A stretch of 64,000 nt of DNA from Candidatus Latescibacterota bacterium (GCA_965222605.1 OZ244960.1:576001-640000), one strand, 5' to 3'. Positions 38,514 to 48,804 are shown, counted from the stretch's first letter. A program made the numbers and translations. The notes: generated by a model not told the origin, from the letters alone.

Positions 38514-40889
38514 CTACCGGATCACCGCAAAAATCCCTTTGGCAATCTTTCCCTCCTGTCCCGGCACCAGCGACTCTACGATATAAAAATAATGTCCGCT
38601 GGAAACCTGCGTTGAAAAATTGTACGTCGCCTGGGTCCAGATCTGCTCACCGGCCGGCGCGTCGGTCGGCCTCCGGGGATGGTCGATCACACCCACCAGG
38701 TCTCCCGAAATCGAATAAATAGATATCTTGCACTTCCTTGGAATATTTACAAATCGGATCCGCTCACTACCGGCATATCGGTGAACATCGTCCGGAATAT
38801 AGGGGTTGGGGACCACCCGCACCGGCTCCAGCAGCGCATCCTTCTGATCAGTTGCAATCACAATGGGGCTGTCCGAAAGGTTCACCCGCTGCTCCGGTGC
38901 CGCCCCTCCGCTTTCCAGCCCCGTCTGAATCCGCTGCTGCTGTCCCGAATCCAGATCGCTCAGCGTGGAAATGCCGTTGGTCCATGTGCTATGGCCGGTA
39001 TCGTAGCTTCGCACCGAGTAGTAATACTCAAACCCGGGCACCGACTCGACATCGTGGTAGGTATAAATCCCCGGCTCGCTTGCTGATTCCCTTCCGGCGG
39101 AAACCCAGGTCGCGTTCGCATCGTATTCCGTGTTTGCGGGGTAGGGACCTCCCGCGGGAATATCCGCAATTTGGGTCCACGGACCGATATGTCTGAACTC
39201 AGCCCGATAGACCCGATATCCTTTCACATCCTGTGCGTCGGCACCCGTATAATCCGGATCTATGGCACTGTCCACTGCGTCGGACCATGAAATGGCCAGG
39301 TTGCCGTTCTCATCGCTGGCCACCTTGATGGCCACGTCCGGCGGTGGTTTCGGGAGCTTATACCCATTATCATAGGCGAATTGCGCCCGCTCCAGATGCT
39401 GCAACAGCGCCCGCTCCCCGTCGGCCAGGTGTGTCTTATCTCCCATTCTGGACCAGACGAATACGTCCATCGGGCCGCCACCTGGCCCGGCAAACTCCGC
39501 TCCACTGCCCGCCACAAACGCCACCACGATTTTGGCCTTATCCCCGGGCGCCAGATCGTATGGCCCATAGACCTGAGCGGTAGTCGCTTTTTGAAGCGTG
39601 GTCGGATTCTCCATAATGGCCGGTGTAGTTCCCTTCCCGATCAGTTCCATGTAAATCTCTTCGTCCGCGCTCTTCCCCGGAGCAGGCATGGTGAAGTCTG
39701 ATTGACTGGTGACTGGCCACCAGGTTGCGCTGACCGGCTGGTCTGCCACCTTGGGTGCCACGTAGATCTCGGCATCGTTCGTAAACGGAGGCATATAATC
39801 CAGCGGCGCAAATCCAATATACTGAAACGCCATCAACTGTCCTTCGATCAGAGCACCCCGGGATTGCACCCCCGAAGGGGCCTGATTCAGAAAAACGGGA
39901 CCGCCTGTATCATCGTCCGAGGTCGTGGGATCGTCTCCGTCGTACACATAGAAAATCTTCTTTCCCCTCAACCCGGGCAGACCGTCGAAATTGGACGCCT
40001 CGCTGTATTTGATCCAGTCGTCACCCATACCCGGCTGATGCCAGTACGCATGCCCGCCCACGCCGGCATTGAGCCAGGATCGTTGCGCTTCAGATACGTA
40101 CATATTATTGACAAAAGCAAAGTAGGCATTATTCAGCGTAACCGGCAATCCCCGGTCGGCGTCGGGCAGGCCGTCTCCGGTTGCATCCCCCGTGTTCTCA
40201 AACGCAATCTCCAGAATAAAGAAATCGTCGTAATCGGGGTAGCTCCACGCCTTCGCCCGCCGCGTCACCGTGATACCTCGTTCGGTCGTCCACTGAGAAA
40301 TCACGATCTCCTCGGCCTCCGTACTGACCGGTATATACCGCCCGTACTCGTAATTGTGGATCTCCGTCAGGTCCGCCACAATCGCAGGCGCGCCCGGCCA
40401 GTAATTGGCCTTTAACGCGCCGGTCATGTGCGAAGTGGCCTGGATACCCAGATCCCGCTCGGGACCTTTGGAAGGATCGTATATCATCTCGGCAATATCG
40501 TCCGTGTTCACCCACGGGTTAGACCCGGAGACATTGAACTCCATCCCCTCTCTGGTCATAATCCAGATCCCTTCTCCACGGCCGCAGTTGTAGAGAAACT
40601 CTGGCTCGGTGTAGGACTGGATGACCTGTCTGGGGTCCGACCCCCAGTACTCTTCAAAATCCCGGCTCGAAACCCGGAACCCCGGGTACATCAGATCCAC
40701 CTCGTCTCCGAAGTAGGTGTCCTGGCGATATCCCTGGGTTCCCGTCTTGCGAAATGTACTCCAGAGTTGGCCTCGCGTCAGGCTTCTCTGCACCTCCGGC
40801 TGCTGGGCCAAAACGGCATCCCATCCGCCCGGGCCGATCAAGACGACGGCTACGATGAGGCACCATAGGCTTGTCTTGATGTTGCTCAT
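38514..40889 (-). CDS. Large exported protein with an FN3-like domain and a T9SS-like C-terminal domain
   Basis: WSYPDYDDFFI, YGPYDLAPGDK, PKPPPDV, GYRVYR, VRVVPNPY...IRFVNIP; paralog of 1622-4105. Confidence 0.8.
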   Translation of the reverse strand: MSNIKTSLWCLIVAVVLIGPGGWDAVLAQQPEVQRSLTRGQLWSTFRKTGTQGYRQDTYFGDEVDLMYPGFRVSSRDFEEYWGSDPRQVIQSYTEPEFLYNCGRGEGIWIMTREGMEFNVSGSNPWVNTDDIAEMIYDPSKGPERDLGIQATSHMTGALKANYWPGAPAIVADLTEIHNYEYGRYIPVSTEAEEIVISQWTTERGITVTRRAKAWSYPDYDDFFILEIAFENTGDATGDGLPDADRGLPVTLNNAYFAFVNNMYVSEAQRSWLNAGVGGHAYWHQPGMGDDWIKYSEASNFDGLPGLRGKKIFYVYDGDDPTTSDDDTGGPVFLNQAPSGVQSRGALIEGQLMAFQYIGFAPLDYMPPFTNDAEIYVAPKVADQPVSATWWPVTSQSDFTMPAPGKSADEEIYMELIGKGTTPAIMENPTTLQKATTAQVYGPYDLAPGDKAKIVVAFVAGSGAEFAGPGGGPMDVFVWSRMGDKTHLADGERALLQHLERAQFAYDNGYKLPKPPPDVAIKVASDENGNLAISWSDAVDSAIDPDYTGADAQDVKGYRVYRAEFRHIGPWTQIADIPAGGPYPANTEYDANATWVSAGRESASEPGIYTYHDVESVPGFEYYYSVRSYDTGHSTWTNGISTLSDLDSGQQQRIQTGLESGGAAPEQRVNLSDSPIVIATDQKDALLEPVRVVPNPYIPDDVHRYAGSERIRFVNIPRKCKISIYSISGDLVGVIDHPRRPTDAPAGEQIWTQATYNFSTQVSSGHYFYIVESLVPGQEGKIAKGIFAVIR

Positions 40890-40937
40890 AAAGCACCCTC
40901 CTTCAAATCATTTCGTGGCGATTACATCGCCTCGATA

Positions 40938-43900
40938 TTAGAACATAATCTGGAACCCTGCCTCGATCTGCCTGGGGAACCCGACCCACCGGGTATTTTC
41001 TTGGGGATCGCCGAACGTCCTATAATTTGCATTCGTCGGCGCCGGCAGAATCAGGCCATAGCGGTACCAGCTATTTCTGTTGCTCCTGGAAAGGGCCCTG
41101 ACGTCCCGCTGGTTAAACAGGTTCGTCATATTCAGGAGAAAACTCGCCCTGAGTTTGTCGTTAACCCGAAACTGCTTTTCAAAGGCCAGATCGGTCATCG
41201 TTTGCATCGGCGCAAATTTATTCTCGGCTGCCTGCCCGGGCAACTGCACGGACACCGACTCGCCAGACTTGATCCGGTAGATCAGGTTGACCCGGATATC
41301 GCCCAGAATCGTCCCATAGGTCGGCGGCGTCTGATACACAAAACTCACCTTGCCGAAACTCTGTCGGCTCGACCCCTCGCCGATTTCCCCTCCGGTTGTG
41401 ATCGTTCGCCCTGCGGGAATCCGGTTCGGCCGGTTGAAAGACCAGAGTCCGGGAACGCCATAGACCGGAATCAACGGTTCGTCGGTAAGCGGATCCCAGT
41501 CTAAAGCCGTTCCGGCCCGCACCGACTGGATCATTGCATCGGCGGCCGCACTCAACACCTGAACTTCTTCGGACGTCAGCGGAACCGGCACTTCGTTTCC
41601 GGTGTTGGTGTCCCGGGTGAAAGTCAGCCAGTAATCCCCGTTGGCAATAAAACTTCCGTCGGGAATATAAAAGGTGCGCTGCTCGGCAAGCTGCCCCCGG
41701 GTGTGCCACTGCTGGTTGAAGGAGATTTGAAAGGAAAGGTTGTCGCTGAACGCCTTCCGCAGGGACAGTTCGAACCCCTTCGTATCCTCAAACGCGTTGT
41801 TCAGCGCTGTCCGGCTCGTCCGGATAAATCCCCGCTTCTGCGGATCCCACCAGTACGGATTCCAGTTGCCTACATAATCCGTTCCACTCCTGTAATACGT
41901 AGTCACACTGGCCGTATAATCGCGGTAGAAATTCCAGTCCGTCCCCACTTCCCACTCTATGGTGGACTCAAAGCCCAGGTCGGTGCTGGAAGATGATCCC
42001 CGCTGCACAAGCTGGTTGTAAAGTTCGGTGTCGTCAATCCGGCCATTGCCGTTGAAGTCCGCCGAGGATTTTCCGCCCCAGAACGAGTTGACATAGACCC
42101 GGTAGAGCGAAGGCATCTGGGCGAACACCCCATAGGAGAAGTGAATCGCGGCATCGGCTGTAATCGGATGGGATACCCCGATCCGCGGACTCCACTTCTG
42201 GTGGGGTTTGGTCTTTACCCTGGGCGCGTAAAGCTGGTGCCGCCGGTACGAGTTGGCCATCGGCGCCACCATCCAGAGTCCGGTAGATACGGCCACCGGC
42301 TCGAAGTTGTGATCCCAGCGATCGTAGCGAAGGCCGACGTTGACGATCATTCCCTCAAACTCCATCTTGTCCTGAAGGTACACCGATGTCATAATCGGGT
42401 TGATCGGTTCCCCGATCTCATCCGGCTGGCTCACGGTCTCCAGACGGGGACTCCCGTTGGATCGGACCTGTAGCCAGGTCCACCAGAGGCTGTGGTAAGA
42501 CATCTCAACTCCGGTCTTGACCAGGTGGCCTTTCGTCACCTGACTGGTCAGGTCGAACTTGATGCCATACCGTTGCCGGTTGTCCGCCTCATAGGAAGTC
42601 TGCCGGTTGAAATCCACGGTAAACCAACCGTCTGCGTCCAGGCTTACTCTCTCTGCGGGAATGCCTTCCAGAGGGCTATTCTGATCCGTAGGCACATCGG
42701 TGGTATCCCTCGCATCCCGAAACCAGGACAGCCGGAACTCATAAAACGTCTTGGGACTCAACGTGTGGGTCAAAGAGAGATAGGATAGATCGTTCTTAAA
42801 AAGATTCTTACCTGCGCCGCTCTGACCCTCCGGCAAAAAGATGTTCCGCGTGTGATTTCGCTGTGTTCCCAGAAAAGTCTGGTGGCGCTCGTAGATACCC
42901 CCCAGTTTCACCTTCATATTGTCCCGCGCATCCCACGCCAGCTTGTAGGATCCCTGGAAATTTCCCGGAGAGGAAAACCAGTTGGTCTGTGAGACTGGAT
43001 TTTCAAAAAATCCTCGCATCTCGGCTCGTGGTGTTGGTGAGACCAGCCCCTGATATTTTCCGGAAACGAAGAAGGAAGCGATTCCCCCGATCGGTCCGGA
43101 TCCGGTCCCTTCGGCCCAGTGCCCATGCACACCCGTATAATCGTACCGCTCGTGGACCTTTCGCCCATTGGTATCCACTTCGTTTTCCCAGGTCGGATCG
43201 CCCCACTTCATTTTACCCTGATGCACGGCGCTATCAAAGAGATTGTTTCCCCAGTGCTTCTTCCTAGGAGCCGTCCACCTGTACTCCGCTTTTCCGTGAA
43301 AATCCTTGCCCCCCTCCTTTGTGATCACATTCACGACACCGCCGATGGCATTCCCATATTCGGCCGCCATACCGCCCGTAATCACCGTCACCTCCTGCAC
43401 CGCCCCGGCATTGATCCCGGTAAACGGCAGTTGGTGCCGCAATTCAGAGGCCTCCATCGGAACGCCGTCCAGCATAATCACCACATCGGACGTGCCCGTC
43501 CGGAGGTGCCCCCGGTTCCCGGAGTAACTGCCCCGCAGCGTCGGCAGGCCGTCCAGGCCAGCCCCCGCCTGAAGGGCGACAATATCCGAGATTTCCCGGA
43601 TGCTGGAAAGCTGCTCAATATCCTCCGCGGTCACCACATACTGGCTCGTGGTCTTGTCCGGCTCGATCGGTGGGCGCTTGGCCACCACCGTCAACTCAGC
43701 CAGTTCAACCGTGGTCTCCTTCAGCGTAAAGTTCAGCGTTCTTGTAAAATCTGCCGCAACCGAAACCCCGGTCTGGGTCTGATTGGCATACCCCACCAGC
43801 GAAGCTACCATAGTATAACGCCCGGGAGAAACCGACAGGATCAGATAGACACCTTCCGCATCTGTAGTGCCCCCCAGTCGTATTCCCTCGAGCACCACGT

Positions 43901-44048
43901 TAGCCCCGGGCAGGGGATTGCCCTGCTCATCACTGACCCTGCCCGTAAGTTTCCCCGTGGTGCCCCCGAACGCCCCCCCTGCTGCCAAAGCGACAACCAA
44001 CACACCAAGCAGGAGGCTGGCCTTCCTCACAAACAGGCGATTGTCCAT
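40938..44048 (-). CDS. TonB-dependent receptor with a CarboxypepD_reg-like domain
   Basis: TTGKLTGRV, AVQEVTVITGGMAAEYGNA, YLQDKMEFEGMIVNVGLRYD, SPRIGVSHP, C-terminal Phe. Confidence 0.92.
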   Translation of the reverse strand: MDNRLFVRKASLLLGVLVVALAAGGAFGGTTGKLTGRVSDEQGNPLPGANVVLEGIRLGGTTDAEGVYLILSVSPGRYTMVASLVGYANQTQTGVSVAADFTRTLNFTLKETTVELAELTVVAKRPPIEPDKTTSQYVVTAEDIEQLSSIREISDIVALQAGAGLDGLPTLRGSYSGNRGHLRTGTSDVVIMLDGVPMEASELRHQLPFTGINAGAVQEVTVITGGMAAEYGNAIGGVVNVITKEGGKDFHGKAEYRWTAPRKKHWGNNLFDSAVHQGKMKWGDPTWENEVDTNGRKVHERYDYTGVHGHWAEGTGSGPIGGIASFFVSGKYQGLVSPTPRAEMRGFFENPVSQTNWFSSPGNFQGSYKLAWDARDNMKVKLGGIYERHQTFLGTQRNHTRNIFLPEGQSGAGKNLFKNDLSYLSLTHTLSPKTFYEFRLSWFRDARDTTDVPTDQNSPLEGIPAERVSLDADGWFTVDFNRQTSYEADNRQRYGIKFDLTSQVTKGHLVKTGVEMSYHSLWWTWLQVRSNGSPRLETVSQPDEIGEPINPIMTSVYLQDKMEFEGMIVNVGLRYDRWDHNFEPVAVSTGLWMVAPMANSYRRHQLYAPRVKTKPHQKWSPRIGVSHPITADAAIHFSYGVFAQMPSLYRVYVNSFWGGKSSADFNGNGRIDDTELYNQLVQRGSSSSTDLGFESTIEWEVGTDWNFYRDYTASVTTYYRSGTDYVGNWNPYWWDPQKRGFIRTSRTALNNAFEDTKGFELSLRKAFSDNLSFQISFNQQWHTRGQLAEQRTFYIPDGSFIANGDYWLTFTRDTNTGNEVPVPLTSEEVQVLSAAADAMIQSVRAGTALDWDPLTDEPLIPVYGVPGLWSFNRPNRIPAGRTITTGGEIGEGSSRQSFGKVSFVYQTPPTYGTILGDIRVNLIYRIKSGESVSVQLPGQAAENKFAPMQTMTDLAFEKQFRVNDKLRASFLLNMTNLFNQRDVRALSRSNRNSWYRYGLILPAPTNANYRTFGDPQENTRWVGFPRQIEAGFQIMF

Positions 44049-44075
44049 AACAATACCCCCTTGCTGAAATAGAGA

Positions 44076-44792
44076 TTATTCGCCGGAAATATAAAACTTC
44101 AGTCCTGCGCCCACATCGAGTAAATGGAAGAAACTCGTTTTCTGGATGCCCCACACGGCAAAGGGACGAAGTTCTCCCAACACAAAATTGTAGCGTACCC
44201 GCAGATCCAGCGCGGCTCGTTCACTAAAAAAGAACAGCGTTCCACCCCCCACATTGATGCTGAGTGCCGTCCGCGTATCTTCGACCGGTTCCAGCAGGAT
44301 CGCCGGGTCAGGCGGCGCTCCTGGACTCGACGGTTTCTGCTCCGGATAGATCAGCCCGCTAACCTTGTTGGCATAATCGTAAAATCCGGTCCCGAATGTG
44401 ATGTAGGGCGCCCCTCCCTGGCCAAACCCGTTTTGCTTCAAAGCCAACAGCCAGTTGACTGATATACTGTTGAAGGTCATGTCCGAGCTGGCCTGTGGAC
44501 TTCTGTGATCCTTCCCATCAGCAAACCTGAAGGTCCGCTCCTCCAAACTCCCGTCGGAAAATTTGGCGTAGTGGTACTCCACCTCCATCAGCTTGCGAGG
44601 GCTGAGCATGTGGTGGACTGACACGCCAAACTTGCCGGTATCTGTGTACATATCCCGGAACTTGAAGAAGGGCCTGTAGAGAGAGCCAAACACACCGCCC
44701 CCCCAGTTTCCAGACAGGTCGGCGGCCTTTGCAGCTGAAGCCGATAACCAGACCGACAGAAATATCAAGCCAATGACTTTGATATATCTCAT
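44076..44792 (-). CDS. Small outer-membrane beta-barrel protein
   Basis: Signal peptide; shares EYHYxK, RSPxAS, VSGLI and LGELRP with 7260-7961. Confidence 0.8.
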   Translation of the reverse strand: MRYIKVIGLIFLSVWLSASAAKAADLSGNWGGGVFGSLYRPFFKFRDMYTDTGKFGVSVHHMLSPRKLMEVEYHYAKFSDGSLEERTFRFADGKDHRSPQASSDMTFNSISVNWLLALKQNGFGQGGAPYITFGTGFYDYANKVSGLIYPEQKPSSPGAPPDPAILLEPVEDTRTALSINVGGGTLFFFSERAALDLRVRYNFVLGELRPFAVWGIQKTSFFHLLDVGAGLKFYISGE

Positions 44793-44894
44793 CGTTTTGT
44801 CTCCTTTCTCCTTAATCGTTGAGATACGCTGTGATCCAATGTCGAAAAACTGTTTTCATTTTCTTTAAGGGATATCACAACAGCTACAAGCCCA

Positions 44895-44951
44895 AGGGAC
44901 TGATCCCTCGGGTTGACCGCACAGATCCTCTGTTTCGGGATCCTGTCCCCT
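44895..44951. repeat. Imperfect inverted repeat (REP-like)
   Basis: AGGGACTGATCCC ... GGGATCCTGTCCCCT. Confidence 0.4.
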
Positions 44952-44984
44952 CAATAAGATTTATGCAGTCGTAAAATGTGCTTA

Positions 44985-45130
44985 GAGCTTTGTTAATTCT
45001 CTGCTTGACAAAAGTAGAGAATTAACAATATACTGTATGGCCTGAGAAGGTTTGTGAATCTCCTCATGACATCCAAGCCGTTAGCCTCTCCTCACCAAAG
45101 TTGATGCTAACGGCTTACTTTTTTAGGCCC
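44985..45130 (+). other. Structured non-coding element (promoter inside a palindrome, two hairpins, T-tract): sRNA or IS-end remnant
   Basis: TTGACA-N18-TATACT with the -35 inside the 13-bp IR TTGTTAATTCTCT/AGAGAATTAACAA; 11-bp stem AAGCCGTTAGC/GCTAACGGCTT plus T-run; TTA on both flanks. Confidence 0.55.
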
Positions 45131-45310
45131 TTATTCTTTCAGAATCTCCAGCCAGTCGGCACGCAGATGGTTTCTGAGTTCGCGGTAGTATTCTGGGCCT
45201 CTGCCCTTCCCCCGCCTGCCTTCCACTTCTTGTTTTCATCGCCTCCAAATCGTCTTCCGTGGCGCGTTTAATCACCAGATCAACCATTGGATATTGTCAA
45301 ACAAAAGCAT
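45131..45310 (-). pseudogene. Collapsed GntR/FadR-family regulator remnant
   Basis: Fragments in different frames: MLLFDNIQ / MVDLVIKRATEDDLEAMK / QEVE...YRELRNHLRADWLEILKE*, resembling FCD-domain segments. Confidence 0.5.
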
Positions 45311-45349
45311 TCTTTCATGTATTTATTAGAATGATTTATGGTCAAATCA

Positions 45350-45377
45350 AATATATATTCGCTTTTTTCTCTGTCAA
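45350..45377 (-). promoter_or_regulatory. Putative sigma70 promoter upstream of cassette 2
   Basis: TTGACA-N16-TATATT on the minus strand in AT-rich DNA. Confidence 0.5.
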
Positions 45378-45526
45378 GTGTTTTCTGCCATTTGCCGGCG
45401 CAAAGAGAGCAATCCTGCAAAGCCTACCTTTTAACCTAGATCGGGCTCGACCAGGCAGAATCGCTCTGCGCCTTTCCACAGCACCCGCTCTCTGATCCTC
45501 TGCCCTCTGCTGCCTTCAGCCGCACG

Positions 45527-47287
45527 TCACCGGTTTCGCATCTGTTCAACCACTGGTGTCGCTGGCGCCTCGCCGCTATAAAGTGCCCGCCCCCGCTCGT
45601 AGGACACCTCCACCTCGCCATCCCTCACTTCCAGCCGGGGCACGTTGTAATCTCTCGCATCCCGATCCGTGCCGCGCATCACGGCCAAATGCGCGTCCGT
45701 CATGCCCTCCACCATATCGTCGCCCCAGCGGTTCCACGGATGCACTATCTCCCCACCGCTGCGGTGAAAACTCCGCGACGAGTATTTGATCAAAATACCC
45801 CGCCTCGGGATGGGATTCTTCCACGCCGTGGTGCCGTGCGTCGTCGAGCCATCGGCAAAAAACAGCACATCTCCCGCCTCCATCACCAACTGCTTCGCCA
45901 GACCCATGTGGTCGTCGCATGACCGCACGCCCGGCGGCGTGGGGTATTTTCCCTTATGAGAACCCGGCACACAGGCAAACCCGCCAAGACCGGGCGGCAC
46001 ATCCCGCAACTGCCATGTAACCGTCACCGCCTCCGAATAGCTTCGCCCATTCTGAAACTGATAGCCCATGGGTGGATACATCGGTTCCCCGGCATCGTGC
46101 AAAGCATGGCCAGATGTCCCCTGGACAGAGCAAAACGCCGCAGGCCCACTCATTCGCGCACCGCTCCCACCCATCCACGTCAACCTGTGCTGCACCAGCG
46201 GATGGGCCACCATCTTCCGAAACGGCTCGCAATACAGCTCGGGAAGATCCAGCAAACCGCCCAGCACCGGACGTCCCGTGCCCGCCAGACTCTTCGACCC
46301 TCGCGACAATTCCTCCTGCACCACAATCCGATCCTCAAACTTGTCAACCGCCTCATTCGCCTTCTCCAACCATTCCTCGTCCATCACCCCTTTGAGAATC
46401 AAATACCCGTTCAATTCCCAGAAATAAAACTCTTTTTCATCGATATTGGAATTGGGATCTCGACTGTAAATTGAAGGATGAAACACCTCTCGCGATTCAT
46501 CCAGTTTTACAGTCTCGCCATCCGTCACAACCACAGGCGGAGGCGTCGAGTACTCATAATCCGGTTTGTAAAGCGACGCGCGCTGTTCGGGACTGATATT
46601 CCCATGCCACTCGGGAGACGGATCCTCCGCAACCTTTGGCCCCGTGCCCGCAGACTGAATCGCCGCCCGCCCCACATACTCGTAACTCAACAGCCGTTGC
46701 GACCCCTTCTCTCGCCACGGCCGCACCCCCTGCAATACCGTCCCTGCCACCAGAAATAGATCTCCAGCCTTCAGCGCTGGTTGGAACGTCAGACCCATAT
46801 CGTCCTTACCCGTAGCCACATCTCCTGGTGTCTCCACATTGACCTTGTGTGTACACGGCACCATCACAAATCCGCCATCGCCCTCTTCCACATCCTCAAG
46901 CGCCCAGATCGCCCGCACTGCCTGGCAATACCGGCGGCCATTCTGAAAATAATACGCCCTGGCCGGATTTCTCGGCTCATTGCCCCCCACCAGAGGTGCT
47001 CCTACATCCCAGGTCTCATCGCACAACAACTCTGGCTCCCGGTCCAACCGAAATCCATAGCCTACGACCTGATTCAGATACCACACCAATTGTGGATGAA
47101 TCATCAAATCCCGAAACACATCCCGAAGTGGAGAAGCCCATCTCAGCATCCCCTCACTCTGTCCCCCTTCGTCCAGCGCTTCATTCAGCGCCTTCACTTC
47201 ACCTCGGTTCAGCACGCCCGGGATGTGCAAATAGCCTGCCACATCAAAGCAGTAATTCTCCTCGTTGCTCATCGCTTCCCGGTCCAT
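45527..47287 (-). CDS. Tandem two-domain PhyH-family protein
   Basis: Two repeats: FDVAGYL...GGFVMVPCTHK...AGD and FWELNGYL...GGFACVPGSHK...AGDVLFF..HG..W...RR. Confidence 0.88.
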   Translation of the reverse strand: MDREAMSNEENYCFDVAGYLHIPGVLNRGEVKALNEALDEGGQSEGMLRWASPLRDVFRDLMIHPQLVWYLNQVVGYGFRLDREPELLCDETWDVGAPLVGGNEPRNPARAYYFQNGRRYCQAVRAIWALEDVEEGDGGFVMVPCTHKVNVETPGDVATGKDDMGLTFQPALKAGDLFLVAGTVLQGVRPWREKGSQRLLSYEYVGRAAIQSAGTGPKVAEDPSPEWHGNISPEQRASLYKPDYEYSTPPPVVVTDGETVKLDESREVFHPSIYSRDPNSNIDEKEFYFWELNGYLILKGVMDEEWLEKANEAVDKFEDRIVVQEELSRGSKSLAGTGRPVLGGLLDLPELYCEPFRKMVAHPLVQHRLTWMGGSGARMSGPAAFCSVQGTSGHALHDAGEPMYPPMGYQFQNGRSYSEAVTVTWQLRDVPPGLGGFACVPGSHKGKYPTPPGVRSCDDHMGLAKQLVMEAGDVLFFADGSTTHGTTAWKNPIPRRGILIKYSSRSFHRSGGEIVHPWNRWGDDMVEGMTDAHLAVMRGTDRDARDYNVPRLEVRDGEVEVSYERGRALYSGEAPATPVVEQMRNR

Positions 47288-47440
47288 CTCTGACCTCCTG
47301 TTAGAAGATTGGGGTTTATTAGTACATTTAATACATGGTACGCTAATTTTTGGCTCAATTCAAAATAAAAATGCTTATACTGTTACAATGGAATTTCTCC
47401 GTGCGTCTCTGGATCAGATCGGCCTGCTCCAGGAGGAACA

Positions 47441-48754
47441 TTAAGGCAACGCATACACCCACATAAACCTTCGGTCGTAGATCAGTGCTTCCTCCCTACC
47501 GTCATTGTTCATATCACAAACCTGCATAGCATAGCTATAACCGATGTCGTCGAGCCGTGTGCGCTCCAGGATACCCGCTGGACAATCGGGATGTTTTGCA
47601 TTCGCAGGCGGTGAAAACTCCAGCGATATCTCACCATCCCCATCCATCCCCCAGGGCCATCCGCCATCGGCATACCCGATCCATGTCTGGCTCCCTCGAA
47701 GCGCGATAATCGGCCGGTTTCTGTGCATGCGGAGCTTTTCCCCGCCTTTGGGAAAACCCATCGGCCAGACCCGCTCAGTGGGCCTGCTCCAAATTTCTAC
47801 GCCGGATGGATCGTAGAGCACCACAGGGCCGTTTGGCGAATTGTAGAGCGCGACCTGAAATTCAGAATCCGAACGGAAGCGTCCCAGAGCCGTACCCTGG
47901 CAATGAATGTGTTCTCTCGAAAAATAAGTCCTGCCACCCGCGCCAAAAAGGTGCAGCTTGTCGGACGCGGCAATAGAAAAAACCGGACCGCTGGCAGTGT
48001 GAAACACATCCGTGTAATCCACATGCTGTTGGTCTGCATTCAGTGTTTCCGGATCAACAGCATCCACCGTCCACAAAATCTGCCCATTCACACCCACGGC
48101 ACAGTATCCGATTAGATACGTCTGCTCGTCATCCACATCCAGGGACAAAATGTGGTGCCCACCTCCCGGAACAGCTTTGGGTCCCCATACCGGCTCCAGA
48201 TCCGCATTCAGACCCAGCACCGGCTCGCCATACCGCCACAAACCATTTCCAGCCTCTCCATTTTTGATCGCAATAGCAGCCTCGTGTTTATCGGTGGGCC
48301 GTGCAGTGGTCTGGAGGATATAATAATTTTCATCGGGAAGACGGGCGCTTTTTACCTCCTCCCCCGTCTCACCGTCCAGGATCACAACCCTATTGCCATC
48401 TGCTACGACCACTTCAATGCGTCCGTCCCCGTCAATATCCCCTGTAGCGATACAGGCCTCGTAGGAGTGAGAGATATAGGGAAAGTGCGACGGGTTTGGC
48501 GTCCCCCAGGTCCACAGGCGCTGGCCATCTGCGCGAAAGGCCGAGACAGACACGGACTTGGGAAACAGCGCTTTTACAAAATCCCAACTCCTGAACGGCT
48601 CCGGCCCAAAGATGCCCGGTCCCTGATAGGTGAGAATCTCCGGAATCCCATCTCCGTCGATATCTGCCGGAAAACACTCTGCCCCGCCGTATTCCTCAAA
48701 CGCGATCTCAAACATACACGATACCGTTGTCATTGCAGATCCCTTTTCATACAC
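47441..48754 (-). CDS. FG-GAP/calcium-blade repeat propeller protein (rhamnogalacturonan lyase family 11-like)
   Basis: ADIDGDGIPEI, GDIDGDGRIEV, GGHH, HVDY, HCQ, CDMNNDGREE. Start uncertain (possibly 48733). Confidence 0.6.
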   Translation of the reverse strand: MYEKGSAMTTVSCMFEIAFEEYGGAECFPADIDGDGIPEILTYQGPGIFGPEPFRSWDFVKALFPKSVSVSAFRADGQRLWTWGTPNPSHFPYISHSYEACIATGDIDGDGRIEVVVADGNRVVILDGETGEEVKSARLPDENYYILQTTARPTDKHEAAIAIKNGEAGNGLWRYGEPVLGLNADLEPVWGPKAVPGGGHHILSLDVDDEQTYLIGYCAVGVNGQILWTVDAVDPETLNADQQHVDYTDVFHTASGPVFSIAASDKLHLFGAGGRTYFSREHIHCQGTALGRFRSDSEFQVALYNSPNGPVVLYDPSGVEIWSRPTERVWPMGFPKGGEKLRMHRNRPIIALRGSQTWIGYADGGWPWGMDGDGEISLEFSPPANAKHPDCPAGILERTRLDDIGYSYAMQVCDMNNDGREEALIYDRRFMWVYALP

Positions 48755-48783
48755 AAAACCGGGACTTGCGGTAAGCCCCGGTT
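48755..48783 (-). terminator. Putative intrinsic terminator
   Basis: AACCGGGACTT/AAGCCCCGGTT stem (a G-U pair on the minus strand) ending in TTTT. Confidence 0.55.
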
Positions 48784-48804
48784 CTATACACCCTGCAAAA
48801 CTAT

